In this document: positions 1 to 7,713 of the stretch, in pieces | Numbering within the stretch: position 1 is the stretch's first letter | How the letters are laid out: each line of letters opens with the position of its first letter | Origin: Planctomycetota bacterium | GTDB lineage: Bacteria; Planctomycetota; B15-G4; SIAN01 | Assembly: GCA_031409275.1 (NCBI GenBank) | Contig: JANNXA010000034.1 | Coordinates: 1 to 64,000 of the forward strand | Length of the DNA stretch: 64,000 bases | Direction of reading: 5' to 3' | Translations under genes and position numbers: made by a program | The notes under the pieces: model-generated | Database searches by the model: none | What the model saw: only the letters and a program-made list of their open reading frames with translations | What the model was told of the DNA's origin: nothing

Positions 1-41
1 ACCCACTGGCGAAGAGGACACCCTGCTCGCTACTGTCGTGC

Positions 42-145
42 ACGCTGAAAGCCCCTCGAATGCCTCGGATCAGCTGTGGTAGGCCGATTCGTACGCATCG
101 AGGGCTTTCGCGTTTCAGGGATTACGAATAATCCGGGCTAGCCCG
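42..145. repeat. Cluster of three fold-back structures in the intergenic region downstream of the HExxH gene
   Basis: Long bulged hairpin 42-113 (acgc-t-gaaagcccctcgaatgc pairs with gcatcgagggctttcgcgt; inner stem 66-74/83-91). Perfect hairpin GGATTA-cgaa-TAATCC at 119-134 (UUCG loop on the minus strand). 12-bp palindrome cgggctagcccg at 134-145. Confidence 0.7.
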
Positions 146-158
146 CTGGCGCTGCGAC

Positions 159-788
159 TCAGGGGGAGTTGTCGCGCGCCTGCCGCCGGCACAGTGCCGT
201 CCACTCCACGAGCGGCTCGAAGTGGTGGGGCGGTCGCGCTTCCGTTTCCGCCATCCCGCCGGCGATCAGCGCCTCGCGCACGCCGTCGAGGGCGCGCTGG
301 CAGGTCGCGACGAATCGCTCGCGATCGGCGGCGAGCGCTCGTTCGCAGGCGGCGAGGAAGCGTCCGAGATCGCCCTCCATCCCGAAGAAGCACGGCTGGA
401 TGCCGACCTGTTCGTCGAGCCACGCAACCGCAGCGGCGCGCGGGCCGGGATGCCACGCGCAGCTCGCGAGGCAGCACGCGAGCTCTTCATGGAGGAGCGT
501 GCGCCCACGGTCGTCGTCGAGTCGGAAGGGGATGCGCGAGTACTCCGTCGCGTGGTCCTTCGCGACGCGCCCGAGCAACACGACGTGCGCGAGCTCGTGG
601 AAGAGGTTTTGGACCCCTTGGACCTCGATCACGAACGCCCGCGTTCCGGCTTCGTCGGCTTCGCGGCGCCGCACGCAGTTGTCCGCCGCCGCGAAGAAGC
701 GCACCGTCGCCTCGTTCGCTTCGAGCCAGCGAATGGCCGCCGCCGTCGCGCGCTCGATGGCGCGTTCGTGGTTCGGATTCGCTGCCAA
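159..788 (-). CDS. Hypothetical HExxH-motif metalloprotein (EpmC-like or IrrE/ImmA-like)
   Basis: 3' part of ORF 159..1211 reads as real protein: NLFHELAHVVLLG...LLHEELAC. Probable TTG start at 788 with GGAGG about 11 nt upstream; start uncertain. Confidence 0.6.
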   Translation of the reverse strand: MAANPNHERAIERATAAAIRWLEANEATVRFFAAADNCVRRREADEAGTRAFVIEVQGVQNLFHELAHVVLLGRVAKDHATEYSRIPFRLDDDRGRTLLHEELACCLASCAWHPGPRAAAVAWLDEQVGIQPCFFGMEGDLGRFLAACERALAADRERFVATCQRALDGVREALIAGGMAETEARPPHHFEPLVEWTALCRRQARDNSP

Positions 789-1032
789 GGCTCTCGATCC
801 CTCCGCGTCATGCGCCCCGCCGTTGCGCGGCGGCAGCGCGCGGGCTCGGAAGATTCTCCGACCTCGCCCGTTGCCGCAAGTTCGTCGCCAGCATCGCAGC
901 GCGAAACGCGGTGAATTACCGGAAAACGCTTCGCTTCCGCGCGATCGCGGAGGTCGCGATCGGGCAGGTCGTGCAGATGCCGCTACGATTCTGCGCCCGT
1001 CGATCAGCACCGAGAACGCAGGAGGATGCTCC

Positions 1033-3597
1033 GTGATTGCGCTGTGGTTCACTCTCGGCTGGTCGCTCGCATTGCCGCCGCAGGTCGCGGCGCCGCAAGC
1101 GGTGCCGTTGCCCGGCGATGCCGCGCTCGCCGCGCGAGTGCAAGGCCACTTCCAGCAACACTGCGCCCGCTGCCACGGCGTCGAGCTCGAGAAGCAGGGC
1201 AAGAAGCCCAAGGACGGCTTCGGTTTCGTCGACGACCTTGCCCGTCTCGCGCGCGATCGCGACTACGTCGTCGCCGGCGCGCCCGACCGTTCGCCGCTCT
1301 ATGGCGCGTTGCTGCCCGATGCCGATCCGCGCATGCCGTTTGGCGCCGACAAGGACCCGACCAAGGCGCTCGCCCCCGACGCGATCCGGGACGTCGCCGA
1401 TTGGATCCGCAGCCTCACGGCCGATCCGGCGCCGGCGCGCGGCGACGGCCCGTTCGTCCGCGACGCAGAGCTGGTCCAGGCGATGGGACAGGACCTCGCT
1501 CGGCGCGCGAGCCCGAAGCAACGAGAGCTCACGCGCTACGTGACGCTGACGCATCTCTACAACCAGGGCGCCACCGAGTCGGAGCTCGAGCTCGCGCGTC
1601 AGGCCGTCACCAAGTTGCTGAACAGCCTGTCGTGGGAAAGCTCGCTGGTCGTGCCGGAGCCGATCGACGCGACGAGGACGCTGCTGCGCTTCAACCTCGC
1701 CGACCTCGGCTGGCGGCCTGAGGAGTGGGAGCGCCTCGCCGATCGCTACCCCTACGCGGTGATGACCGGCACGGCGGCCGCGCGCGAGTTGTCGGCGGCG
1801 ATGAAGTGCGCGCTGCCGAGCGTGCGCGGCGATTGGCTGGTGGCGAAGGCGTCGGTGTCGCCGCTCTACGAGCAGCTGCTGCGGTTGCCGACCACCCCGG
1901 CGGAGCTCGCCGCGTTCGAATTCGACCGGCTCGGCGTCGAAGTGAACGCGAACCTCATGAACGAGCGGGCGAAGCGCGCCGGCGTCGAAGTCTCGGACGT
2001 CGTGGCCGGCCATCGCGTCATCGAGCGCCACCCCGCTCGCTTCGGCGCCTACTGGATCACCTACGACCTGAAGGCGACTCGCGCCGCCGGACGCGAGGGC
2101 GCAGCCGAGGTGCGCCGCAGCATGTTCCAGGCGCCGCTCGGTCCAGCGACGCTTGCTTGCTTCAACGGGACGCGCCGCGACCTGTGCTTCGAACCCGCGA
2201 GCAGCCAGCGGATCTTCAGCCTTCCCAACGGCCTGCAGGGCTACCTGATCGTCGACGGGGCTGGCGCTCGGATGCTCGCTGAACCGGCCGGCAACTTGCA
2301 GGACTCGTCGGGCAAGGCGCGTGGTTCGGTGAACGGCATGGGCTGCATCGCCTGCCACGATCAGGGCATCCATCCGGCGCGCGACGCGCTGCGCGATCAC
2401 GTCCTTTCGTCGAGCGCGTTCAGCCGCGAGGTGAAGGAGACGATTGCCGCGCTGCATCCGTCGCGGTCGGAGTTCGACCGGCTGATCGAAGCGGATCGCC
2501 GGCGCTTCGTCGGAGCCCTGGAACAGGCGGAGGTCTCGACTCGCGGGCCGGAGCCGATCCAGGCGCTCGCGACGCGCTTCGAGCAGCGTCTCGAGGCGCG
2601 CGCGGTCGCTGCCGAGCTCGGTCTCGATCTGCCGGAGTTCGACGAACGGGTCGATCGCCGCGCGCTGGAGAGCCTCACTCAGTTGCGCGAGACGCTGCGT
2701 CGCGAGCCGATCGCGCGGGCGCAGTTCGTGTCCCTGTTCGAGTCGTTCGTGACTGGACTCGAACTCGGCCAGTACCGAGCCGCGGGCTCACGCGGCGGTG
2801 GAGCCACCGCTGCGAACAACGGCACCGCCAGCGAGGGCGCACCGAGTGGCGATGCGCCGACGGTGATCGACGGTTTCACCTACATCGGACGCAACGACCA
2901 GGGGAAGCACGAGTACCGGCACGACCGGTCGAGTCTCGTGTTCGTCTACCTCGAAGGCGGGAGCTACACGCAGGGGTCGCCCGGCAACGAACCGGGTCGT
3001 GGAGACGATGAAGGACCGGCGCGCCAAGTCACGGTGTCGCCCTTCCTGATCGCCAAGCTCGAGGTGACGCAGGAGGTCTACGAGCGCTTCATGCGAGCGA
3101 ACCCTTCCGGCTTTCCAGGCGACGGCAGGCGGCCGGTGGAAACCGTCAGCTTCGACGATGCCTTGCGCTTCTGCGAGCTCGCTGGGTTGGCGCCGGCGGG
3201 TCGCGGCGAGCTCGGCATTCCGACCGAGGCGCAATGGGAATTCGCCTGTCGCGCCGGGACGACCGGACTCCTGTCGGGCAAGCTCGACGACGTCGCCTGG
3301 TACGACCAGAACAGCGATCGCCGGACCCACCGTGTCGGCACCAAGGAACCCAACGCCTTCGGCATCTACGACATGCACGGCAACGTCTGGGAGTGGTGCC
3401 GCGACTACTACTCCGAGCACTACTCCTCTGGTCCCGTCATCGATCCGACCGGTCCGGCGGCGGGAACGGGCCGCGTCTATCGCGGCGGGTCGTGGGGCAG
3501 CTCGCCGAGCGGGTGCCGTTCGGCGTACCGCTTCTGGTTCGTGCCTTCGAGCTCGTTCAACCTGCTGGGCTTCCGGCCGGCGAAGTCGCTGAAGTAG
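1033..3597 (+). CDS. Secreted c-type cytochrome / formylglycine-generating-enzyme (SUMF1/FGE-sulfatase) domain fusion protein
   Basis: GTG at 1033 after GGAGGA; signal-like N-terminus; two CxxCH motifs (CARCH, CIACH); C-terminal FGE motifs PTEAQWEFACRAG, PNAFGIYDMHGNVWEW, RGGSW, GFRP. Confidence 0.85.
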   Translation: MIALWFTLGWSLALPPQVAAPQAVPLPGDAALAARVQGHFQQHCARCHGVELEKQGKKPKDGFGFVDDLARLARDRDYVVAGAPDRSPLYGALLPDADPRMPFGADKDPTKALAPDAIRDVADWIRSLTADPAPARGDGPFVRDAELVQAMGQDLARRASPKQRELTRYVTLTHLYNQGATESELELARQAVTKLLNSLSWESSLVVPEPIDATRTLLRFNLADLGWRPEEWERLADRYPYAVMTGTAAARELSAAMKCALPSVRGDWLVAKASVSPLYEQLLRLPTTPAELAAFEFDRLGVEVNANLMNERAKRAGVEVSDVVAGHRVIERHPARFGAYWITYDLKATRAAGREGAAEVRRSMFQAPLGPATLACFNGTRRDLCFEPASSQRIFSLPNGLQGYLIVDGAGARMLAEPAGNLQDSSGKARGSVNGMGCIACHDQGIHPARDALRDHVLSSSAFSREVKETIAALHPSRSEFDRLIEADRRRFVGALEQAEVSTRGPEPIQALATRFEQRLEARAVAAELGLDLPEFDERVDRRALESLTQLRETLRREPIARAQFVSLFESFVTGLELGQYRAAGSRGGGATAANNGTASEGAPSGDAPTVIDGFTYIGRNDQGKHEYRHDRSSLVFVYLEGGSYTQGSPGNEPGRGDDEGPARQVTVSPFLIAKLEVTQEVYERFMRANPSGFPGDGRRPVETVSFDDALRFCELAGLAPAGRGELGIPTEAQWEFACRAGTTGLLSGKLDDVAWYDQNSDRRTHRVGTKEPNAFGIYDMHGNVWEWCRDYYSEHYSSGPVIDPTGPAAGTGRVYRGGSWGSSPSGCRSAYRFWFVPSSSFNLLGFRPAKSLK

Positions 3598-3642
3598 CGG
3601 GGCGGCGGCGCGGCGGACGGCGTCGCGGCATCGCGTGGCGCG

Positions 3643-3892
3643 ACCTGCTTCGCCTTCGCCAGCGCGATGCCGTCGCGATGCCGTTGTCGTCGAGCAGGCT
3701 CGCGTGCTCGATCGAGTCGACGCCCACCAAGACGATGCGCTCGCCCTCGATCGCGATGCGCGCGTTCGCCAATGGCGGCCCGCCGGCGCCATCGATCAGG
3801 CGCCCGCCGCGGATCACCGTCTTTGGTGGCGCGGTGGGGGTGGTATCGGGGAGCGTCGCGAACGCGAGCGCGAAGGCAGGGAGGAGCGACAA
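3643..3892 (-). pseudogene. Amidohydrolase (Xaa-Pro dipeptidase-like) remnant with internal deletion and frameshift
   Basis: Signal peptide and N-terminal strands TVIRGGRLIDGAGGPPLANARIAIEGERIVLVG are fused directly to the late-barrel motif GVDSIEHASLLDD. An 11-bp tandem duplication (3663-3684) then shifts the frame; the other frame continues DGIALAKAKQV. Confidence 0.75.
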
Positions 3893-3916
3893 CCTCGATC
3901 TCCTCGCGGCGATCCT

Positions 3917-4393
3917 TCAGGGCTTCGGGGCCTCGAACAGGGCGAGCACGGCACCGGCGGGATCGCGAATCACGGCGAAGGAGCCGCCCATCAGCTCGCG
4001 CGGCCCGAAGAGCACTTTTCCGCGCCGCCGCTTCGCCGCCGTGAGGCTGCGCTTCAGGCTGGCCACCGCGACGTAAGCGAGCCACTGCGCTGGCAGTCCG
4101 GCGTTGCGACCGCGCGCGGAGCAGATCCCGGCCGCGGGCTCAGCGTCGTCGGGCTTCTCCATCGACCAGTCGGAGTAGCCGCCCATGTCGATCGCGCGCG
4201 GCTTCCAGCCGACGACGGCGGCGTAGAAATCGCGCAGCCGTCCGGCGTCCTTCACGGTGAGGTCGAGCCAGCCGATCGTGCCGACCGGCGGCGCTCCGCC
4301 TGGCGCATGGTCGTGGTCGCACTGCTCGGAGTGCACGTGGACCGTTTTCTTCGAGCGCTTGGCCGCCCGCGTCGCCGCGCGCTTCTTCGCCAT
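3917..4393 (-). CDS. VOC (glyoxalase/bleomycin resistance) family protein with basic, His/Cys-rich N-terminal extension
   Basis: GTIGWLDLTVKDAGRLRDFYAAVVGW ... PAQWLAYVAV ... FAVIRDPAGAVLAL; ATG at 4393 with GGAG upstream. Confidence 0.85.
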   Translation of the reverse strand: MAKKRAATRAAKRSKKTVHVHSEQCDHDHAPGGAPPVGTIGWLDLTVKDAGRLRDFYAAVVGWKPRAIDMGGYSDWSMEKPDDAEPAAGICSARGRNAGLPAQWLAYVAVASLKRSLTAAKRRRGKVLFGPRELMGGSFAVIRDPAGAVLALFEAPKP

Positions 4394-4428
4394 CCGTGTT
4401 GCTCCCCTGTTCCTGCCCGACTGCGCCG

Positions 4429-6615
4429 TTACTGAAGCCAGCGGTCGAGCCACTCGATCACCGTCTCGTGCCAGCGGATCGAGTTCTTCGGCTTGAGCAC
4501 CCAGTGGTTCTCGTCGGGGAACCAGAGGAACTTGCTCGGGATGCCGCGCCGCTGCAGCGCGGTGAACGCGGCGAGACCCTCGGCGTCGATCAGGCGGAAG
4601 TCGTTGGCGCCGTGGATGACCAGCTCGGGCGTCTTCCAGCTCGCGACGTAGCGGCTCGGGGAGAACTTCTCGAAGAGTTCCGGCTTCTCCCACGGCACGC
4701 CCTGGTACTCCCACTCGGGGAACCAGAGCTCCTCGGTCGTGAAGTAGTTGGCTGCTTCGTCGAAGCCGCCGTCATGGCAGACCAGCGTCTTGAAGCGATC
4801 GGTGTGGCCGTTGATCCAGTTGATCATCCAGCCGCCGTAGCTCGCGCCGAGCGCGCCGACGCGCTCGCCATCCATCCACTCGTTCGCAGCCAGCACCGCA
4901 TCGAGCCCCTTCATCAGGTCCTCGAACGGTCGGCCGCCCCAATCGCCCGAGATCGCGTCGGTGAACTTCTGGCCGAAGCCGGTCGAGCCATGGAAGTTGA
5001 CCGCGACCACCGCGTAGCCGGCGCCGGCGAGGGCGTTCAGGTTCCAGCGGTAGTGGAAGTGGTCGCCGATCGCGCCTTGCGGACCGCCGTGGATCACGAA
5101 GGCGACGGGGTACTTCTTGCCCGCCTCGAAGCCGACCGGCTTGGCGACCCACGCATGCACCTTGACGTCGTCGGCGCCGGCGAACCAGAAGTCCTCGGGC
5201 TGCGACTGCTCGATCAGGTCGAGCCGCGCGTCGTTCACGCGCGTCAGCCGCAGCCGCGCCGCTCCATCGAGGTCGCAGCGGAACAGCTCCGCGGGTGCAA
5301 GGAAGCTGTCCTGCGCGTAGGCGAGTCGCGCCGGCTCGTTCCCACGCGCGGGGATCAGCGCGAGGCCGTCGTTCCAATGCTCCTTCAACAGCGGCCGCAC
5401 GGCGCCGCTCGCCACGTCGACGGCGAAGACGCGTTGGCGCGCCTCTTCCTCCGCGGTGACGATCAGCGTCTTGCCGTCGGGCGTCCACAGCGCCGATCCG
5501 ACCGAGCGGTCCCAATCACCGGCGATCGTGCGCACCGCGCCGCTCGTGCGATCCATGACGTGGATCACCTGCCGGTCGGCCTCGAATCCAGGCCGCGCCA
5601 TGTTGAGCCACAGCAGCGCGCTGCCGTCCGGCGAGTAGGCCGGCGACTTGTCGCTGCCGCGGTAGCTCTCGGTGATGCAGCGCGACGGGCCACCCGCGAC
5701 CGGCACGACGTAGACATCGAGGTCGGTCGACCAGGCGTAGTCGGCGCCGACCTGCGCGACGTAGGCGATCTCGCTGCCGTCGGGGGAGAAGAGGAAGTCC
5801 TCGGCGCCGCCGAATGGCTTGGTCGGGCAGTCGGCGTCGAGCTCCTTCACCAGGTCGAGCGCCTCACCGGCGAGGCTCGGGTTGCCATCGGCGTCCCAGC
5901 TCAGCGGCTGCACGAACACGTGGCTGCGCTTGCCGTCTTCCCAGGTGTCCCAGTGGCGCACCATCAGCTTCTCGTAGCTCTTCGCCTTGACCGGGTCCTT
6001 GGCGAGCTCCGCGTCGCGCTTGGCGGTCTCCGCCGGCGTCGTGCCGGGATAGACCTCAGCGCTGAACGCGAGGTGCTTGCCGTCGTCGCTGAAGCGGAAG
6101 TTGTCGATCTCGATGGGCAGCTCGAGGAACTTGCGCGGTTCGCCGCCGTCGAGGCGCAGCAGCCACGCCTTGCCGCCGCCGTCGCGCGACGAGCCGAACA
6201 AGATCGAGCGGCCGTCGGGTGACCAGATGGCGGAGCCGTCGGCGACACCGCGCGCGGTGGTGAGCTGCTTGCTCTGGTTGCCGTCGACGCTCACCAGCCA
6301 GAGGTTCGTGGTCTTTTGGTTGGCCTCGGCGTCGTAGCTCTGGCGCGTGTGGAGCAGCCAGCGACCGTCCGGCGACGGGATCGGTGCGCCGACCCGTTCC
6401 ATGCGCACCATGTCGTGGACCGAGAAGGCGTGCTTGCGATCGAGTCGCGGGGCCGGGCGCGTCGCGACCGCCGCGCGCGCGGCGGGGATCGGGCCGTCGC
6501 TGCCCGTGGCCGGCGATCCCGCGCGACCGCTGTCGCGATCGCTGGCGCAGGCGGACAGGCAGAGGCCGATGGCGAGGGTGGCAGCAGACGGTTTCGCGAG
6601 CGGACGCGTCTTCAT
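4429..6615 (-). CDS. S9 family peptidase (dipeptidyl peptidase/acylaminoacyl peptidase-like), probable lipoprotein
   Basis: Lipobox-like LSAC; PD40-type propeller repeats (WSPDG); IHGGPQ, GASYGG nucleophile, HGANDF and DENH triad motifs. Alternative start at 6642. Confidence 0.92.
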   Translation of the reverse strand: MKTRPLAKPSAATLAIGLCLSACASDRDSGRAGSPATGSDGPIPAARAAVATRPAPRLDRKHAFSVHDMVRMERVGAPIPSPDGRWLLHTRQSYDAEANQKTTNLWLVSVDGNQSKQLTTARGVADGSAIWSPDGRSILFGSSRDGGGKAWLLRLDGGEPRKFLELPIEIDNFRFSDDGKHLAFSAEVYPGTTPAETAKRDAELAKDPVKAKSYEKLMVRHWDTWEDGKRSHVFVQPLSWDADGNPSLAGEALDLVKELDADCPTKPFGGAEDFLFSPDGSEIAYVAQVGADYAWSTDLDVYVVPVAGGPSRCITESYRGSDKSPAYSPDGSALLWLNMARPGFEADRQVIHVMDRTSGAVRTIAGDWDRSVGSALWTPDGKTLIVTAEEEARQRVFAVDVASGAVRPLLKEHWNDGLALIPARGNEPARLAYAQDSFLAPAELFRCDLDGAARLRLTRVNDARLDLIEQSQPEDFWFAGADDVKVHAWVAKPVGFEAGKKYPVAFVIHGGPQGAIGDHFHYRWNLNALAGAGYAVVAVNFHGSTGFGQKFTDAISGDWGGRPFEDLMKGLDAVLAANEWMDGERVGALGASYGGWMINWINGHTDRFKTLVCHDGGFDEAANYFTTEELWFPEWEYQGVPWEKPELFEKFSPSRYVASWKTPELVIHGANDFRLIDAEGLAAFTALQRRGIPSKFLWFPDENHWVLKPKNSIRWHETVIEWLDRWLQ

Positions 6616-6661
6616 GGACGAGCTTCCTTGGCAGAGAGTCATGGACCCGACGGAACTTGGA

Positions 6662-7621
6662 TCAGCGCGGCAGCGGCGACGCTCGGTACGTCCAGGTGAG
6701 CGTTCCTGTTCCCGCGATTTCGACCTGGCTCGAGCCGGAGTCGGTGCTGCCCGCGCAGCGCAGCGGTCCGGCCAGGGTCATGGCGACGATACGGCCGTCT
6801 TCGCGCCGCACGGCGATCTCGCCGGACAGCTCGAAGGTGGTCGTGACTTCGGGTGGTCGCGACTTCGGAAGCGGGGGTTGCTCGGCGGTCGCCGTCGCCA
6901 GCAGCACCAGGCACTCGACGCCGGACTCCTCGCGAAGGGCGATGGGGGTCAGCACGAAGCGCTGGAGCGTCGCGCCATGCAGCGCCTCGTCGAGGAGCGG
7001 TGTGCCGGTCGCGAGCGGCACTTCGATGGCGGTTTGCGATACGACCGGCCCGTTGGCCAGCAGCGTCGCCAGCCAGCCGCCGGCGAGCGCTTCGCGCGAC
7101 AGGCGCGCCACTTGATCGGCGAGGTCACCCGTCTTGAGGAGGTTGCTCGCCCCCGACTTCGCATCGCGTTGCGAGACGAGCGGCTCTCCGTCGCGCATCG
7201 AAACGGCGAACTCGCGATGGTCGGCGTCGAGCGTGCTCTGCTCGTCCACGGCATTCCGGCGAAGTGTCGATTCGAACTCGTCGTAGCGGACTTGCGCGGT
7301 GAGCTCGCGATCCGGGTCGGCGATCAGTTCGACGGTGGCTCGCGAGTGTTCGTGCAGCGCCTGCTCGAACTTGCGCAGCTCGGTCCCGCGCACTTTGAAG
7401 GTCACCGCCAGCTGATGGTCGAGCGTCGAGGTCACCTGCCAGGCGCTGCCGCTGGTCGGCGCGGGCGCGCGCACGCGCCAGTCGGTCGTCGCGCTGCCCG
7501 CCGCCGCCGCTTCCTGGGCGATGGCGGACAGGTTGGCCGAGGCGATGGCCGGATCGTTGGCCAACGCGCGGTGCAGCGCGAGCCCGGCCAGCAGTCCCGA
7601 CACCACCGCGATCGACGCCAA
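6662..7621 (-). CDS. Hypothetical exported protein
   Basis: 319-aa ORF filling the gap on the operon strand; hydrophobic N-terminus, beta-rich pattern; no family recognised. Confidence 0.6.
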   Translation of the reverse strand: MASIAVVSGLLAGLALHRALANDPAIASANLSAIAQEAAAAGSATTDWRVRAPAPTSGSAWQVTSTLDHQLAVTFKVRGTELRKFEQALHEHSRATVELIADPDRELTAQVRYDEFESTLRRNAVDEQSTLDADHREFAVSMRDGEPLVSQRDAKSGASNLLKTGDLADQVARLSREALAGGWLATLLANGPVVSQTAIEVPLATGTPLLDEALHGATLQRFVLTPIALREESGVECLVLLATATAEQPPLPKSRPPEVTTTFELSGEIAVRREDGRIVAMTLAGPLRCAGSTDSGSSQVEIAGTGTLTWTYRASPLPR

Positions 7622-7713
7622 GCCGGCCCTCCATCCTGCTGGCGCGCACCGTCGTTCCGAGCGCGCGGGCGGTCAGTATGGCAAGCCGGCCGGCGTCGCG
7701 TGCGCCGCTGAGG

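Noticed and set aside
42..113. Possible integron attC site, retron msr-msd or intrinsic terminator
   Set aside because: No RYYYAAC/GTTRRRY boxes, no integrase or RT in view, and no U-tract; kept only as an unassigned structure.
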